The notes: generated by a model from the sequence alone, not told the origin. 58,702 nt of DNA from a bacterium (GCA_030697685.1 JAUYPF010000048.1:1-58702), one strand, 5' to 3'; numbered from the stretch's first letter, positions 9,067 to 19,052 are shown. Translations and numbers: made by a program.

Positions 9067-10240
9067 TTTTTATCAGATCCTCTGTTGTTTCTCTTTTTCT
9101 TATTAAGGAATGGAATCCATTGGAAATAAGAACTTCTGCTGGTTTTGGCTGTCCATTAAATTGTGAAGCCATTGCAAAACCATATGCACCAGTAATTTGT
9201 ATTGCAAGAATATCTCCTTCTTTTATTTTTGGTAATGAACGATCTTTTGCAAAGCAATCTGTACTTTCACAAATTGGACCGACGATAGTAAGCTTTTCTG
9301 TTTTATCTGCTTCAGGATTATTTGCGAGAAGTATTGGATGATATGCACCATAGAGTGCTGGTCTTATGAGTGCAGTCATGCCTGCATCTACACCAATAAA
9401 ATTATCCTTGATTGTTGTCACTGTTGTTAATAATGTCCCTGATTCTGCAACAATGAATCTTCCTGGTTCAAGCATAAGAAGTGCAGAAGAAGTATATATT
9501 CTTTTTATTCGCTCTGCAATATTTTTGAGATTTAATGATTTTTCAAAAGGTTCATATGGAATTCCAAGCCCACCACCAATGTCTATATACTCAAATTGTA
9601 TCTCTATTTTTTTAGAAATATTTTCTGCTATAGTTTGAATTGCTTTTGTGATCTCTTCAAAGTAGAGCTCATCTAAAACACAAGAACCTGTCATCATATG
9701 GATTCCAAAATGTTCAATACCGGATTCTTTTGCAAGTCTATATGCTTCCGTTGCACGCTCTTCAGACATACCAAATTTTGTATCTTTTCCACCGCACACA
9801 ATTCCTGAAAATTTTCCAGCACCAAACCCAGGATTGATACGAAAAGAAATTCTTTTTGGAAGACCTAACTTTTTTAGTCTTTGGAATATAGAAAGATCAT
9901 CAAGATTCATGAGAATTCCTATGCTGAGTGCTTTGTTGAGATCAGCATCAGAAGGATTTACTGAAGTGAAGATAGATTTCTTTAGATCGAAACCTGCTTT
10001 TTCTGCAAGTTCTATTTCAATTCTGTTTGAACAGTCTGCACCAAGTCCTTGTTGTGCAATGAGTTTTAAAATGCTAAGATTAGAATTTGCTTTTATTGCA
10101 TAACAGATTCGTGCATGAGGGAATGCTTCTTTTAATTCTTGAATTTTTTGGAGAATTATTTGCTTGTCATAGACATACAATGGGGTAGCATATTCTTTTG
10201 CTAAAACTATTGCTGATACGTTGCCAATTTGTAGTTCCAT
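9053..10240 (-). CDS. lysA: Diaminopimelate decarboxylase
   Basis: YAIKANSN (PLP Lys), RINPG, KFG, DIGGG, EPGR, GPICESTD, GAYG. Confidence 0.95.
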   Translation of the reverse strand: MELQIGNVSAIVLAKEYATPLYVYDKQIILQKIQELKEAFPHARICYAIKANSNLSILKLIAQQGLGADCSNRIEIELAEKAGFDLKKSIFTSVNPSDADLNKALSIGILMNLDDLSIFQRLKKLGLPKRISFRINPGFGAGKFSGIVCGGKDTKFGMSEERATEAYRLAKESGIEHFGIHMMTGSCVLDELYFEEITKAIQTIAENISKKIEIQFEYIDIGGGLGIPYEPFEKSLNLKNIAERIKRIYTSSALLMLEPGRFIVAESGTLLTTVTTIKDNFIGVDAGMTALIRPALYGAYHPILLANNPEADKTEKLTIVGPICESTDCFAKDRSLPKIKEGDILAIQITGAYGFAMASQFNGQPKPAEVLISNGFHSLIRKRETTEDLIKNESN

Positions 10241-10275
10241 GAAGGCAAGAAAAATAAAACAGGAGTATAAAAAGC

Positions 10276-12300
10276 TTAGCCTATGCGAGAACCTGACTTT
10301 GCTGGTTTCTCTGGGCTAAGAAGAATACTTTTTCCTTCTGAATCAGCAGCAAGAAGCATGCCATGGCTTTCTACACCACGAATCACTGCTGGTTGGAGAT
10401 TTGTGAACACTACAATTTGTTTTCCTAGAAGTTCTTCTGTTTTGTAATGCTGACGAATGCCTGCAACGATTTGTCTTTTTTCTGTGCCAAGGTCCACTTG
10501 AAGAACATATAGACGATCTGCATTAGGATGGGGTTCTACTTTTTGGATTGTTCCAATTTTAAATTTGCATTTTTCCCATTCTGAGAAAGGTATTTGTGGT
10601 TCTGTTTCTTGTTTTTTAGAAGGTATCATTTGTTTCTCCTCTTTTTTAAAGTAATCCGTAATCTTTGAAGTTTTCTCTTTTAGTTCTTCAATTTTTTTAT
10701 CTTCTATCTTTGTAAAGAGAAGCTCTGCTGTATTTATTTTTTGTTTAGCTTTTATTGTTTGCTTTGTAAGCATTTTAAAGTCTGTTTCTTTATTATTTAA
10801 CATTGCTAGAATCTTTTTAGAGCTTGTAGGAAGATAAGGCTGTACTAATAATGCTAAAGTTTTTGAGAGATTTAAGCAAATATAAGTCACTGTAGGTGCA
10901 TGTTCAGGATTTTTCCAGGGTTCATTCTCTTGAAAATATTTATTTCCCATTGTTGAAAGCTTCATTATTCCATCCATAGCCATACGTAGCTCTACTTTTT
11001 CATACAAAGAAATAATATTCTCAGTTTGTTTCCAAATTTCCTTTAAGAATTTTTTATCTTTTGTTCCGAGCTTTGGTGTTGGAACTTGACTTCCAAAGTT
11101 TTTATTCGTAAATGTAATAGTTCGGTTAATAAAATTTCCTAGATTTGCAACTAATTCACTATTAATTTTATCTTGGAAATCTGACCAAAGGAATTCTGTA
11201 TCTTTTGTTTCTGGAATCAAGTAAGCCATATAGTATCTCCAATATTCTGGAGACAAATCTGCTTTTGGGAGATTTTCACAAAAAACTCCTCTATTGCTAC
11301 TCTTAGAAAACTTTCCTCGTTCATAATTGAGATACTGTAGACCAACAACGTTGTAAGGAAGATTAATATTTTTATGTGCAAGTAATAATCCTGGAAAGAA
11401 AATAGTGTGAAAAGGAATATTATCTTTTCCTACAAAATAATAGATTTTTGCTTTAGGGTTTAACCAATATTGTTTCCATTTTGTTTTATTCCATTCTTTT
11501 GTGCTTGAGATATACCCTATAGGTGCTTCCGTCCACACGTACCACAAAAAATGTTCATATCCTTTTATTGGAACTTTAATTCCCCATTTTAAGTTTCTTG
11601 TAATACACCTTGGTTTTAGGCCGTCACGAATCCAAGCGAGAGCTAAATTTTTCACTTGTGGGCGTAATTGTTTATTCTTTACTAACCATTTTTCTATTTT
11701 TGGAGAAAGCTTTTCTAGATCTAAAAATAAGTGTTGTACTTCCTTGAATTCAATTTTATCTGAACCACACGCTTTACATCTTGCTTTGATAAGTTTCTCC
11801 GGATCTAATAAGGTACCACAATGCTCACACTGGTCTCCCCGTGCATTTTCATAGGCACATTTTGGACAAGTTCCTTCAATGTATCTATCTGCTAATTCTC
11901 TCTTACAAGATAAGCAGTAAGGTAATCTTATTTTTTTCTCAGAGATATATCCATTTTTGTAGACTTTTTTTAGAAACTCATTACTTGTTTCATGATGAAT
12001 TTTTTTACTACTTCTTGAAAAATTATCATAACTTATTTCAAACCAATCATAAATATCTTTATGGATTTTGTAAAAGTGGTCACAAAGTTCTTGTGGGCTT
12101 ATTCCATATTGTTGTGCCGCAATCTCACTCGCTGTCCCATGTTCATCTGTTCCACCAATAAAAACTGTATCATGCCCAGCTAAACGACAATATCTTGCAA
12201 ATACATCTGCTGGATAATGGGAACCAACCATATTTCCTAAGTGTGGAACATTATTTGTATAGGGAAGAGCTGCTGTGATGAGTCTTTTTTCTTTAGGCAT
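10276..12300 (-). CDS. metG: Methionine--tRNA ligase with C-terminal tRNA-binding OB domain
   Basis: ALPY..NVPHLGN, Zn knuckles, KFSKS, C-terminal HPNADRL/GVESHGMLLA. Confidence 0.97.
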   Translation of the reverse strand: MPKEKRLITAALPYTNNVPHLGNMVGSHYPADVFARYCRLAGHDTVFIGGTDEHGTASEIAAQQYGISPQELCDHFYKIHKDIYDWFEISYDNFSRSSKKIHHETSNEFLKKVYKNGYISEKKIRLPYCLSCKRELADRYIEGTCPKCAYENARGDQCEHCGTLLDPEKLIKARCKACGSDKIEFKEVQHLFLDLEKLSPKIEKWLVKNKQLRPQVKNLALAWIRDGLKPRCITRNLKWGIKVPIKGYEHFLWYVWTEAPIGYISSTKEWNKTKWKQYWLNPKAKIYYFVGKDNIPFHTIFFPGLLLAHKNINLPYNVVGLQYLNYERGKFSKSSNRGVFCENLPKADLSPEYWRYYMAYLIPETKDTEFLWSDFQDKINSELVANLGNFINRTITFTNKNFGSQVPTPKLGTKDKKFLKEIWKQTENIISLYEKVELRMAMDGIMKLSTMGNKYFQENEPWKNPEHAPTVTYICLNLSKTLALLVQPYLPTSSKKILAMLNNKETDFKMLTKQTIKAKQKINTAELLFTKIEDKKIEELKEKTSKITDYFKKEEKQMIPSKKQETEPQIPFSEWEKCKFKIGTIQKVEPHPNADRLYVLQVDLGTEKRQIVAGIRQHYKTEELLGKQIVVFTNLQPAVIRGVESHGMLLAADSEGKSILLSPEKPAKSGSRIG

Positions 12301-12335
12301 AAGTCTTTAGAAGTTCATCTGTTTTAAATAGCTTT

Positions 12336-12713
12336 CTAGACGCCAAAATTTTCTTGTAGGAACATAAGCATATTTTTGTTGTCAAGAACTTCAAAAAGCA
12401 TCTTTGCATGAAGAGATTTTCCTTGATTCATACATTCATGCGCACAAGCTTCCATTCTCCTTCGATCTTCAGAAAACTTGTAAAAATATGCAGCATCAGG
12501 GAAACGCCCTTGTTTAGCAAGCCAATCACCAGAAGCAAGAAGTTCTTCTTTTAAACCTGCCTTTGCAAAAGCCTTTCCTGCTTCTTCATAGGTCCCTTCT
12601 TTAAAGAGAATTGTTCCGGCATCCAAAAGAGTTTTTTGTTTTATACTCTCAGGGATATTTACATTGTCTACCCCTTTAGATATGATAAGTTTTGTGAGGA
12701 TGCCATATTCCAT
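12336..12713 (-). CDS. Hypothetical helical-repeat (TPR-like) protein
   Basis: 125-aa ORF with repeated G.Y.EA...F / GRF.DAA..Y patterns. Confidence 0.6.
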   Translation of the reverse strand: MEYGILTKLIISKGVDNVNIPESIKQKTLLDAGTILFKEGTYEEAGKAFAKAGLKEELLASGDWLAKQGRFPDAAYFYKFSEDRRRMEACAHECMNQGKSLHAKMLFEVLDNKNMLMFLQENFGV

Positions 12714-12794
12714 AGATTTTATGTGATTTTTCTCATTAAAAGCATTACTATGCTAGAAGATAGCTTTAAAAAGAGCTTTTTTCTTTTTTTATTT

Positions 12795-13616
12795 ATGGAA
12801 GACATAGAAACACTCAATAAAGATATTGATGAAGTTATGAAGAAACTTTGTCGCCATGATTATGTGCATCTTACAGATAGAGGAAATTCTGCTATTTTTC
12901 TTGCTATGCATATTGCAAAGAAAACTAATCCTAAACAAGATATTCTTATTCCAGACCAGGGAGGTTGGTTTTCTTACAAAGGATATCCACATTTTTTTGA
13001 TTTGAATATTGTTGAAGTAAAAACAAATTATGGAGTTATTGATCTCGATGATTTAAAAGAGAAAGCAAAGAATGCTTCTGCAATTATTTTTAGCTCTTTT
13101 GCAGGATATTTTGCTGAACAGCCTTTAGATAAGATTTCAAATATTTGCAAAGAAGCTGGATGTCTTGTTATTGAAGACGCATCTGGAGCAATTGGAGATG
13201 CTATACTTTGCAATGGGAAGTATTCTGATATTATTGTAGGAAGCTTTGGAAAGTGGAAACCTGTCGAGTGTGGATATGGAGGTTGGATTTCTATGAATAG
13301 TAAAGAATTTTTTGGTGTGGCAAAAGATGCTATGTCTATTACAAAGGTTCATCCTCAATTCTATAATGAGATTGGTGATGCTTTGAAAAAGAATAAAATG
13401 AATAAATTACTTGCTTTGCAGATACAAGTCAAAGAAGAATTAAAAGATTTTGAGGTTTTGCATAGAGAGAAAAGAGGATTGAATGTTGTAGTGAAGTTTG
13501 ATCCAGGAGTTTTAGAATATTGCCAAGAGAAGAATTACCCATATGTGCTTTGCCCAAGTTATATTCGTGTGAATGAAAAGGCGATTTCTATTGAGTTGAA
13601 ACGGTTGAATTTTTGA
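12795..13616 (+). CDS. PLP-dependent aminotransferase, DegT/DnrJ/EryC1/StrS-like
   Basis: RGNSAI, IEDASGAIG, GSFGKWK(P), GYGG; ATG 12795 follows a TTTAAA box. Confidence 0.8.
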   Translation: MEDIETLNKDIDEVMKKLCRHDYVHLTDRGNSAIFLAMHIAKKTNPKQDILIPDQGGWFSYKGYPHFFDLNIVEVKTNYGVIDLDDLKEKAKNASAIIFSSFAGYFAEQPLDKISNICKEAGCLVIEDASGAIGDAILCNGKYSDIIVGSFGKWKPVECGYGGWISMNSKEFFGVAKDAMSITKVHPQFYNEIGDALKKNKMNKLLALQIQVKEELKDFEVLHREKRGLNVVVKFDPGVLEYCQEKNYPYVLCPSYIRVNEKAISIELKRLNF

Positions 13617-13651
13617 GGAAAATTTATATACCTTAAACTTTTTTGTATATT

Positions 13652-14359
13652 ATGAATTTTATCAGAAAGATTACACAGGGAAAAATAGATGAGTGGGTAC
13701 AAAGACAATTTACTCGTTATGGAAAAGGAATTTATGAGAATAAAGCAGTTCTTCAAATGAGTAAAGGAAAAGCACAATCAAGTATTTCTAGCAGTTTTGA
13801 ATTCTCTGGAGAATTCGCATATCAACTTGCAGAAACAATTCAAGGCAAAACACATGTCACTGGTGGAGTTATTACAAAACAAAAACTTACAGATGTAGAA
13901 GCTGGTGTTCCTTTTGCTGGAATGAAACAATTTGCAGGTGTTAAAACATATTTGATTGATGCTGATCTTACGAAGAAACAAATCAAGGACTTATTGACTA
14001 ACTTCCCTTCTGCTATGGTGTTACTATCTTTCAAAACAGATGAGGGAGAATTAAAAACTAAAGTAAAAAATCCTAAATCTACTAAACCAAGTGACCAAGA
14101 AAGTGAGGAATTACCTAAAGCAGATTTTTGTAAATTTAAAATAAAAAATAGGGATATTGTTGAAGACCTTGCATTTGATGTTCCAAAAGATTTTACAAAA
14201 GTTTTTATTAGACATACTTTTTGTATCACTGATTTGGAAATCCCTAAACAATATGAGAAAGATTTTGCGGCAGCACGTTTGCACGCAGTTCGAAAGGGAA
14301 AATTAATAAGGGAGATTCACCTTGATGGGAAGAAGCTTGTAAAAGAATACAAGTTATAG
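13652..14359 (+). CDS. Hypothetical protein
   Basis: Long ORF with genome-typical codon usage; TTTATATA box about 25 nt upstream. Confidence 0.75.
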   Translation: MNFIRKITQGKIDEWVQRQFTRYGKGIYENKAVLQMSKGKAQSSISSSFEFSGEFAYQLAETIQGKTHVTGGVITKQKLTDVEAGVPFAGMKQFAGVKTYLIDADLTKKQIKDLLTNFPSAMVLLSFKTDEGELKTKVKNPKSTKPSDQESEELPKADFCKFKIKNRDIVEDLAFDVPKDFTKVFIRHTFCITDLEIPKQYEKDFAAARLHAVRKGKLIREIHLDGKKLVKEYKL

Positions 14360-14368
14360 AGGTGATGT

Positions 14369-14617
14369 ATGGCTGAAATTTGGAAGCTGATTAAAAAAAC
14401 GTGTAAAGCGGTGTATGTAATTATTATTGCTTTTTTTGAATCTCTTACTGTTTCTTTTTATAGAAATATAAAAAAAAGATACGAAGAACCTAATAATGAA
14501 TATGTAGAAGTTAAGGTTCCCCAAGGATATAAAGATAAAAAATTGGAACCAGATTACAAAGATCTTTCTGATACAGGAGAATTTTCTGATTTTACGGGAT
14601 TTCCAGGTTTAAAGTAG
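14369..14617 (+). CDS. Small hypothetical protein with N-terminal hydrophobic segment
   Basis: GAGGTGAT SD directly upstream; 82 aa. Confidence 0.6.
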   Translation: MAEIWKLIKKTCKAVYVIIIAFFESLTVSFYRNIKKRYEEPNNEYVEVKVPQGYKDKKLEPDYKDLSDTGEFSDFTGFPGLK

Positions 14618-14677
14618 TCATTATTTAGTGGTAACAAAAGCGAAAGATTTATAAAGTCTTTTTTCTGCTTAAATTAC

Positions 14678-15574
14678 ATGCTAAACTCAAAAGTTGTGAA
14701 ATGTCCTGGAAGATTTAGCCAGACAAGAGAAAAGGTTTTCGAGGCTGCAGGAATTGTACTTAATAGTAAAGCTGTTTCTGAACAAGATCTTATTAGCATT
14801 TGGGATATTCTTCAGAGTGGAGGTGATCTTTTCGGTCTTGATGGAAGAGACCCTTATTATGACTCTCCTGAAGACTCCGCAAGGAAAATACCTCCTCAAA
14901 ACTATCTTTCTTTAGTCCCTCTTTTTCCTAGAGATTATACTCTGCCAAGCCACATTCGTGAGCAATATGCTATTTCTATGGGGAATGATCCTCGTATTGC
15001 ACAAAAACTTTCACGAATGAGTGAAAGAGGGAATGATTTTTATAGAGCAGAATTAGGTAAGGATCCTGCTGATCTTTATCTTGATAGAGGAGTCACTCTT
15101 TTAGGATATGAAATTGCTTCAAATAATGGAATTGGAACTCTTTCTGAGGGAGGAAATAAAGGAGGAGGATTACGTTCTGATGCACCCTATCTCTTAGAGA
15201 TTTTTAAGAAAGGAAGACTGAAAAGAGAGGATACCTTTGATTTAGCTGCAATTGTTGGTTTTTGGGCACAGGATGATACAATGCTTGTTTCTCAAATGCA
15301 ATCATGTAAAAATGCACAACTTCCTAAAGAAGTTTCTTTTGGAGTTACTTGTGTTCGAACTGCAGAACGTGTCGCACAAGAATTAGGCTTTTCTAAGATA
15401 GAACTTTATACTAGTAGAGCTCATCCTATTTTTCTAGAACACCCAGAAAATAAAGAAAGCCTTGCTGAACAGTTTGCATTATTTTGGGACGGCTCTGCAA
15501 GAAAATTAGATTACGAAGGTTCACGAGCGAGTGGTCCGACATATAACAAAAGATTCGTAACTTCTCTGAGGTAG
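14678..15574 (+). CDS. Hypothetical protein, paralog 1 of tandem pair (possible GNAT-like C-terminus)
   Basis: Shares many motifs with 15620..16492; own TATA box. Confidence 0.75.
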   Translation: MLNSKVVKCPGRFSQTREKVFEAAGIVLNSKAVSEQDLISIWDILQSGGDLFGLDGRDPYYDSPEDSARKIPPQNYLSLVPLFPRDYTLPSHIREQYAISMGNDPRIAQKLSRMSERGNDFYRAELGKDPADLYLDRGVTLLGYEIASNNGIGTLSEGGNKGGGLRSDAPYLLEIFKKGRLKREDTFDLAAIVGFWAQDDTMLVSQMQSCKNAQLPKEVSFGVTCVRTAERVAQELGFSKIELYTSRAHPIFLEHPENKESLAEQFALFWDGSARKLDYEGSRASGPTYNKRFVTSLR

Positions 15575-15619
15575 TCCTTAATGCGAAGATTTATATAAAA
15601 GATACTAAACTCAAGAAAG

Positions 15620-16492
15620 ATGGATCGACCAAAAAAGATTGTGAAATGTGAAGGAAGATTCCATGAATTGAGAGAATATTTATTTGGTACACCCATAGAT
15701 CTGATTCTAGATGGACGAACTTTAATCACTCCACAGGATTTAAGAGATCTATGGAGCCTTATTGAAAATGATATCTACCAATACGATACTAAAGATCCTT
15801 ATTATCAATCAAGCCTTGATAAGGCCAGAAAAAAACCTTCATTAGGACCTAATTCTCTTGTCCCTCTTTTTCCAACAGACTATGTTTTAGAAATCAGTTT
15901 AATTTCAGTCTATGGACTCGGACAGGGTATTAAAGTTGAAAACGCAGCAAGATTAGAACAACTTGCAAGTCAAGGAGAAAGATTTTTTGTAGAAACATTA
16001 GCAGCTGAAACGAGAGATATAATTTTTCCAAAAGGGCAAGATCTTGCTGGCTATACTATTTCTACTCATTTCGGAATTGGAACTTTAAGTCATGGAGGGG
16101 TGTCGGGAGCAGGAATTCGATCTGATGCCCCTTTTCTCATTGAGATCTATAAAAAAGAAGCAGTGACAGAAAAAAATCTCGCTGCAGTAATTGGATTTTG
16201 GGCACAAGAAGATACTATGCTTGTTTCTCAAATGCAAGCTTGTAGAAATGCGCAACTTCCTTTAGGAATTAGCCTTGGTGTAGGAGGATTAGTTACTGCA
16301 GAATTTATTGCGAGAAAAATTGGATTTAAATATCTTGAGTTATACTCTGCACGAGCACACCCTATTTTTCGTGTACATCCTGGTGGGTGGAATCAATTTG
16401 GTAAGGATTTTATAGAAAATTCTCATAGGGCTACTGAGATTATTGGTGGCTATTTACCTTCTGATAGAGATTCCTTTGTAAAGGAGTTATAA
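15620..16492 (+). CDS. Hypothetical protein, paralog 2 of tandem pair (possible GNAT-like C-terminus)
   Basis: GIGTLS.GG, RSDAP, GFWAQ.DTMLVSQMQ, RAHPIF shared with paralog 1. Confidence 0.75.
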   Translation: MDRPKKIVKCEGRFHELREYLFGTPIDLILDGRTLITPQDLRDLWSLIENDIYQYDTKDPYYQSSLDKARKKPSLGPNSLVPLFPTDYVLEISLISVYGLGQGIKVENAARLEQLASQGERFFVETLAAETRDIIFPKGQDLAGYTISTHFGIGTLSHGGVSGAGIRSDAPFLIEIYKKEAVTEKNLAAVIGFWAQEDTMLVSQMQACRNAQLPLGISLGVGGLVTAEFIARKIGFKYLELYSARAHPIFRVHPGGWNQFGKDFIENSHRATEIIGGYLPSDRDSFVKEL

Positions 16493-16705
16493 TTATTTCA
16501 CTGCTTCTCTAATATCAGAAGCTTTAATGGTTTTTCTTCCTGCATGCTGTGCAAAGCGAATTGCTTTTTTTCCAATTTCTTCTGCTTTTGCTTCGAGAAC
16601 TTCAATCAGTCTTTCTTTTGCATCATCAGCAACTCTTTCTGCACCAGCTTTTTTCAAAAGTTTTTCCATTGCTGCTGCAGGTAAAATAGTCTTTCGTATG
16701 TTCAT
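16493..16705 (-). CDS. Archaeal histone (HMf-like)
   Basis: LP.A.M..LLKKAGAERV..DA...A.HAGRKTIKASDI histone-fold signature. Confidence 0.95.
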   Translation of the reverse strand: MNIRKTILPAAAMEKLLKKAGAERVADDAKERLIEVLEAKAEEIGKKAIRFAQHAGRKTIKASDIREAVK

Positions 16706-16786
16706 TCTTTTAGTTTATTAGAAAGCTATATTTAAAAGGATTTCTCCTCTAAAATTGTGAGCTATATCCTCAAGTATACATATTTA

Positions 16787-16801
16787 CGAAACCTTTATAA
16801 G
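16787..16801 (+). promoter_or_regulatory. BRE/TATA promoter of the rpl3 operon
   Basis: CGAAACC-TTTATAA, about 200 nt upstream of rpl3 ATG. Confidence 0.6.
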
Positions 16802-16854
16802 TAGCCTCATTTTTCTGCATTGAATCAAGATGCATATCGGAGAATTGCATTTAA

Positions 16855-16973
16855 TACTACTCTTTCAGAGATTTGTTCACACCTATGTGTCGAACACAGA
16901 GCTTTGGTTCTGCTTCTCAAAAAGGCGAGTGCAGGTTCGATGTCTATAAACCTGCTGTCTGAAAAGACAAGTA
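16855..16973 (+). ncRNA. Candidate structured 5' leader of the rpl3 operon
   Basis: Closing stem 16861-69/16958-67 enclosing three hairpins (16874-96, 16897-912, 16931-55). Confidence 0.55.
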
Positions 16974-16995
16974 CAAATTAGATACTATAAATACT

Positions 16996-17964
16996 ATGGG
17001 ACATAAACATCATCCTAGGAGAGGAAGTTTACAATACTGGCCGCATGCTAGAAGTAGTAAGCACGCTCCACGAATACGAAGCAAAGTTGATTCTAAAGAT
17101 AAAAAAATTCTTGGATTCCTGGGATATAAAGTTGGAATGACACATATGCTCATTAAAGAAACAAATCCTAACTCTCATAGAAAGAATATGGATGTTTTTA
17201 CTCCTGTTACAGTGATTGAATGCCCTCCATTAAAGGTTTATTCTGTTCGTTATTATGCACAAAATGAAGATGGTAATTTACGGCTTATTTCTGAAATATT
17301 TTCTAAAAAATGGGAGAAGGAATTAGGAAGAAAGATTCGAGGTTCTAAGAAAGTGAATACAGCCCCTGAACAATTTGATGCTTTGAAAGTAAGTGTTTAT
17401 ACCCAACCTAAACTTACAGGTTTGGGAAAGAAGAAACCAGATATGGTTGAATTCTCCGTTGGAGGAAAAGATCTTCAAGAAAAATCTGCATTTGCACAAA
17501 GTCTTCTTGATAAGGAAATTAAGATTTCTGATGTTTTTAAAGAAGCACAATGTGTTGATACTCATTCTGTTACAAAAGGAAAAGGATTCTCAGGTGTTGT
17601 AAAAAAGTTTGGTGTCAAGCCATTGCAACACAAAGCAGAGAAAGCACGAAGAAAAGTTGGAACTCTAGGCTCCTGGCATCCAAATAAAGTTTTGTTCAGT
17701 GTTGCACAATGTGGAAAGTGGGGATATCATTTGAGAACAGAATATAATAAAGTTACAGTCAAAATTGGAAATAACCCTAAGGATATTAATCCTAAAGGGG
17801 GATTTGTTCGATATGGTTTTGTGAAGAGCGATTATCTTCTTCTGAAGGGTTCTGTTGCTGGACCAGCAAAAAGGCCTATTGCTTTTTCTGAAGCTCTTCG
17901 AGTAAAGAAAAAAGTGTACAATATGCCAATAGTTTATACTAGTCTGGAGTCTAAACAACGATGA
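16996..17964 (+). CDS. rpl3: 50S ribosomal protein uL3
   Basis: PRRGSL, GYKVGMTH, TKGKGF.G, NPKGGF..YG. Confidence 0.97.
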   Translation: MGHKHHPRRGSLQYWPHARSSKHAPRIRSKVDSKDKKILGFLGYKVGMTHMLIKETNPNSHRKNMDVFTPVTVIECPPLKVYSVRYYAQNEDGNLRLISEIFSKKWEKELGRKIRGSKKVNTAPEQFDALKVSVYTQPKLTGLGKKKPDMVEFSVGGKDLQEKSAFAQSLLDKEIKISDVFKEAQCVDTHSVTKGKGFSGVVKKFGVKPLQHKAEKARRKVGTLGSWHPNKVLFSVAQCGKWGYHLRTEYNKVTVKIGNNPKDINPKGGFVRYGFVKSDYLLLKGSVAGPAKRPIAFSEALRVKKKVYNMPIVYTSLESKQR

Positions 17965-18785
17965 AAGTATCACTTGTAGAAATAGATGGAAAGAAAGGAA
18001 AGGAAATTAGTCTCCCTAGACAATTTTCTGAAGAATTTCGACCAGATCTTATTAAGAAAGCTGTTCTTGCTCAACAATCCCACTCTATTCAATCATCTGG
18101 AACTAATCAAATGGCTGGAATGAGACAATCTGCATTTATTACCAAACGAAGAAAGCATTACAAAACAACTTATGGTAGAGGACAATCAAGAACTCCACGA
18201 AAAGTACTTTCTCGAAGAGGAACTAACTTTCATTATATGGGAGCAGTTGCACCAAACACTGTTGGTGGAAGAGTTTCTCATCCTCCTAAAGCAGAAAAGA
18301 TTTGGGATCTAAAAATAAATGTTCAGGAAAGAAGAAAAGCAATTCGAAGTGCAATTGCTGCAACGATGAATAGTGCTATTGTCAAAAGACGAGGGCACAC
18401 TGTAGAATCATTTGTTGTAGAAAATAAAATTGAAGATCTTAAAAAAGCAAAAGAAGTTCATGATTTTCTTAAAAAAGTAGGACTTGGAAAAGAATTAGAG
18501 AGAATTGCTGTGAAAAAAATTAGAGCTGGAAAAGGAAAGAATAGAGGAAGACCATACAGAAAGAAAAAAGGACCTCTCTTTGTTGTTTCAAAGAAATGTG
18601 CTCTTATTGGTGCTGCACGAAACCTTCAAGGTATCGATGTCTGCACTGTCAAAGATTTGAATGCTGAATTGCTTGCGCCTGGAACAGATGCAGGACGATT
18701 AACACTCTGGTCTGATAAAGCATTAGAAGTTATGGAAAAAGAAGGATTATTTTATACTCATGCAAAGAAGGAGACTAAGAAATGA
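17961..18785 (+). CDS. rpl4: 50S ribosomal protein uL4
   Basis: RPDLI, GGR..HPPK, RAGKGK.RGR, LAPG..AGRLT. Confidence 0.97.
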   Translation: MKVSLVEIDGKKGKEISLPRQFSEEFRPDLIKKAVLAQQSHSIQSSGTNQMAGMRQSAFITKRRKHYKTTYGRGQSRTPRKVLSRRGTNFHYMGAVAPNTVGGRVSHPPKAEKIWDLKINVQERRKAIRSAIAATMNSAIVKRRGHTVESFVVENKIEDLKKAKEVHDFLKKVGLGKELERIAVKKIRAGKGKNRGRPYRKKKGPLFVVSKKCALIGAARNLQGIDVCTVKDLNAELLAPGTDAGRLTLWSDKALEVMEKEGLFYTHAKKETKK

Positions 18786-19051
18786 ATAAGATAGGAACAT
18801 TCACAGTATTGAAACACCCTCTTACCACTGAAAAGAATGTTAAACTTATGCAGAATGAAAACAAACTTGTGTTTGTTGTTGATAGAAGAGCAAGCAAACC
18901 TGAAATCAAAAAGGCTGCAGAAGAATTATTCAAGATTAAAATTACTAAAATAAATACTACTATTCTCCCTTCTGGAGAGAAAAAAGCATATTTAAAACTT
19001 TCAGCTGAAACACCTGCAATTGATGTAGCAACTCAGCTAGGATTATTATAA
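18782..19051 (+). CDS. rpl23: 50S ribosomal protein uL23
   Basis: PLTTEK, NKLVF.V, G.KKAY.KL. Confidence 0.96.
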   Translation: MNKIGTFTVLKHPLTTEKNVKLMQNENKLVFVVDRRASKPEIKKAAEELFKIKITKINTTILPSGEKKAYLKLSAETPAIDVATQLGLL

Positions 19052-19052
19052 A

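Noticed and set aside
12636..12794. N-terminal extension of the aminotransferase ORF
   Set aside because: Overlaps the divergent gene and promoter region; ATG 12795 after a TATA box is more plausible
16822..16995. SRP RNA, RNase P RNA or tRNA
   Set aside because: Too short and AT-rich; lacks SRP helix 8, RNase P P4 and cloverleaf motifs (GGTTCGA is not in a T-arm context)
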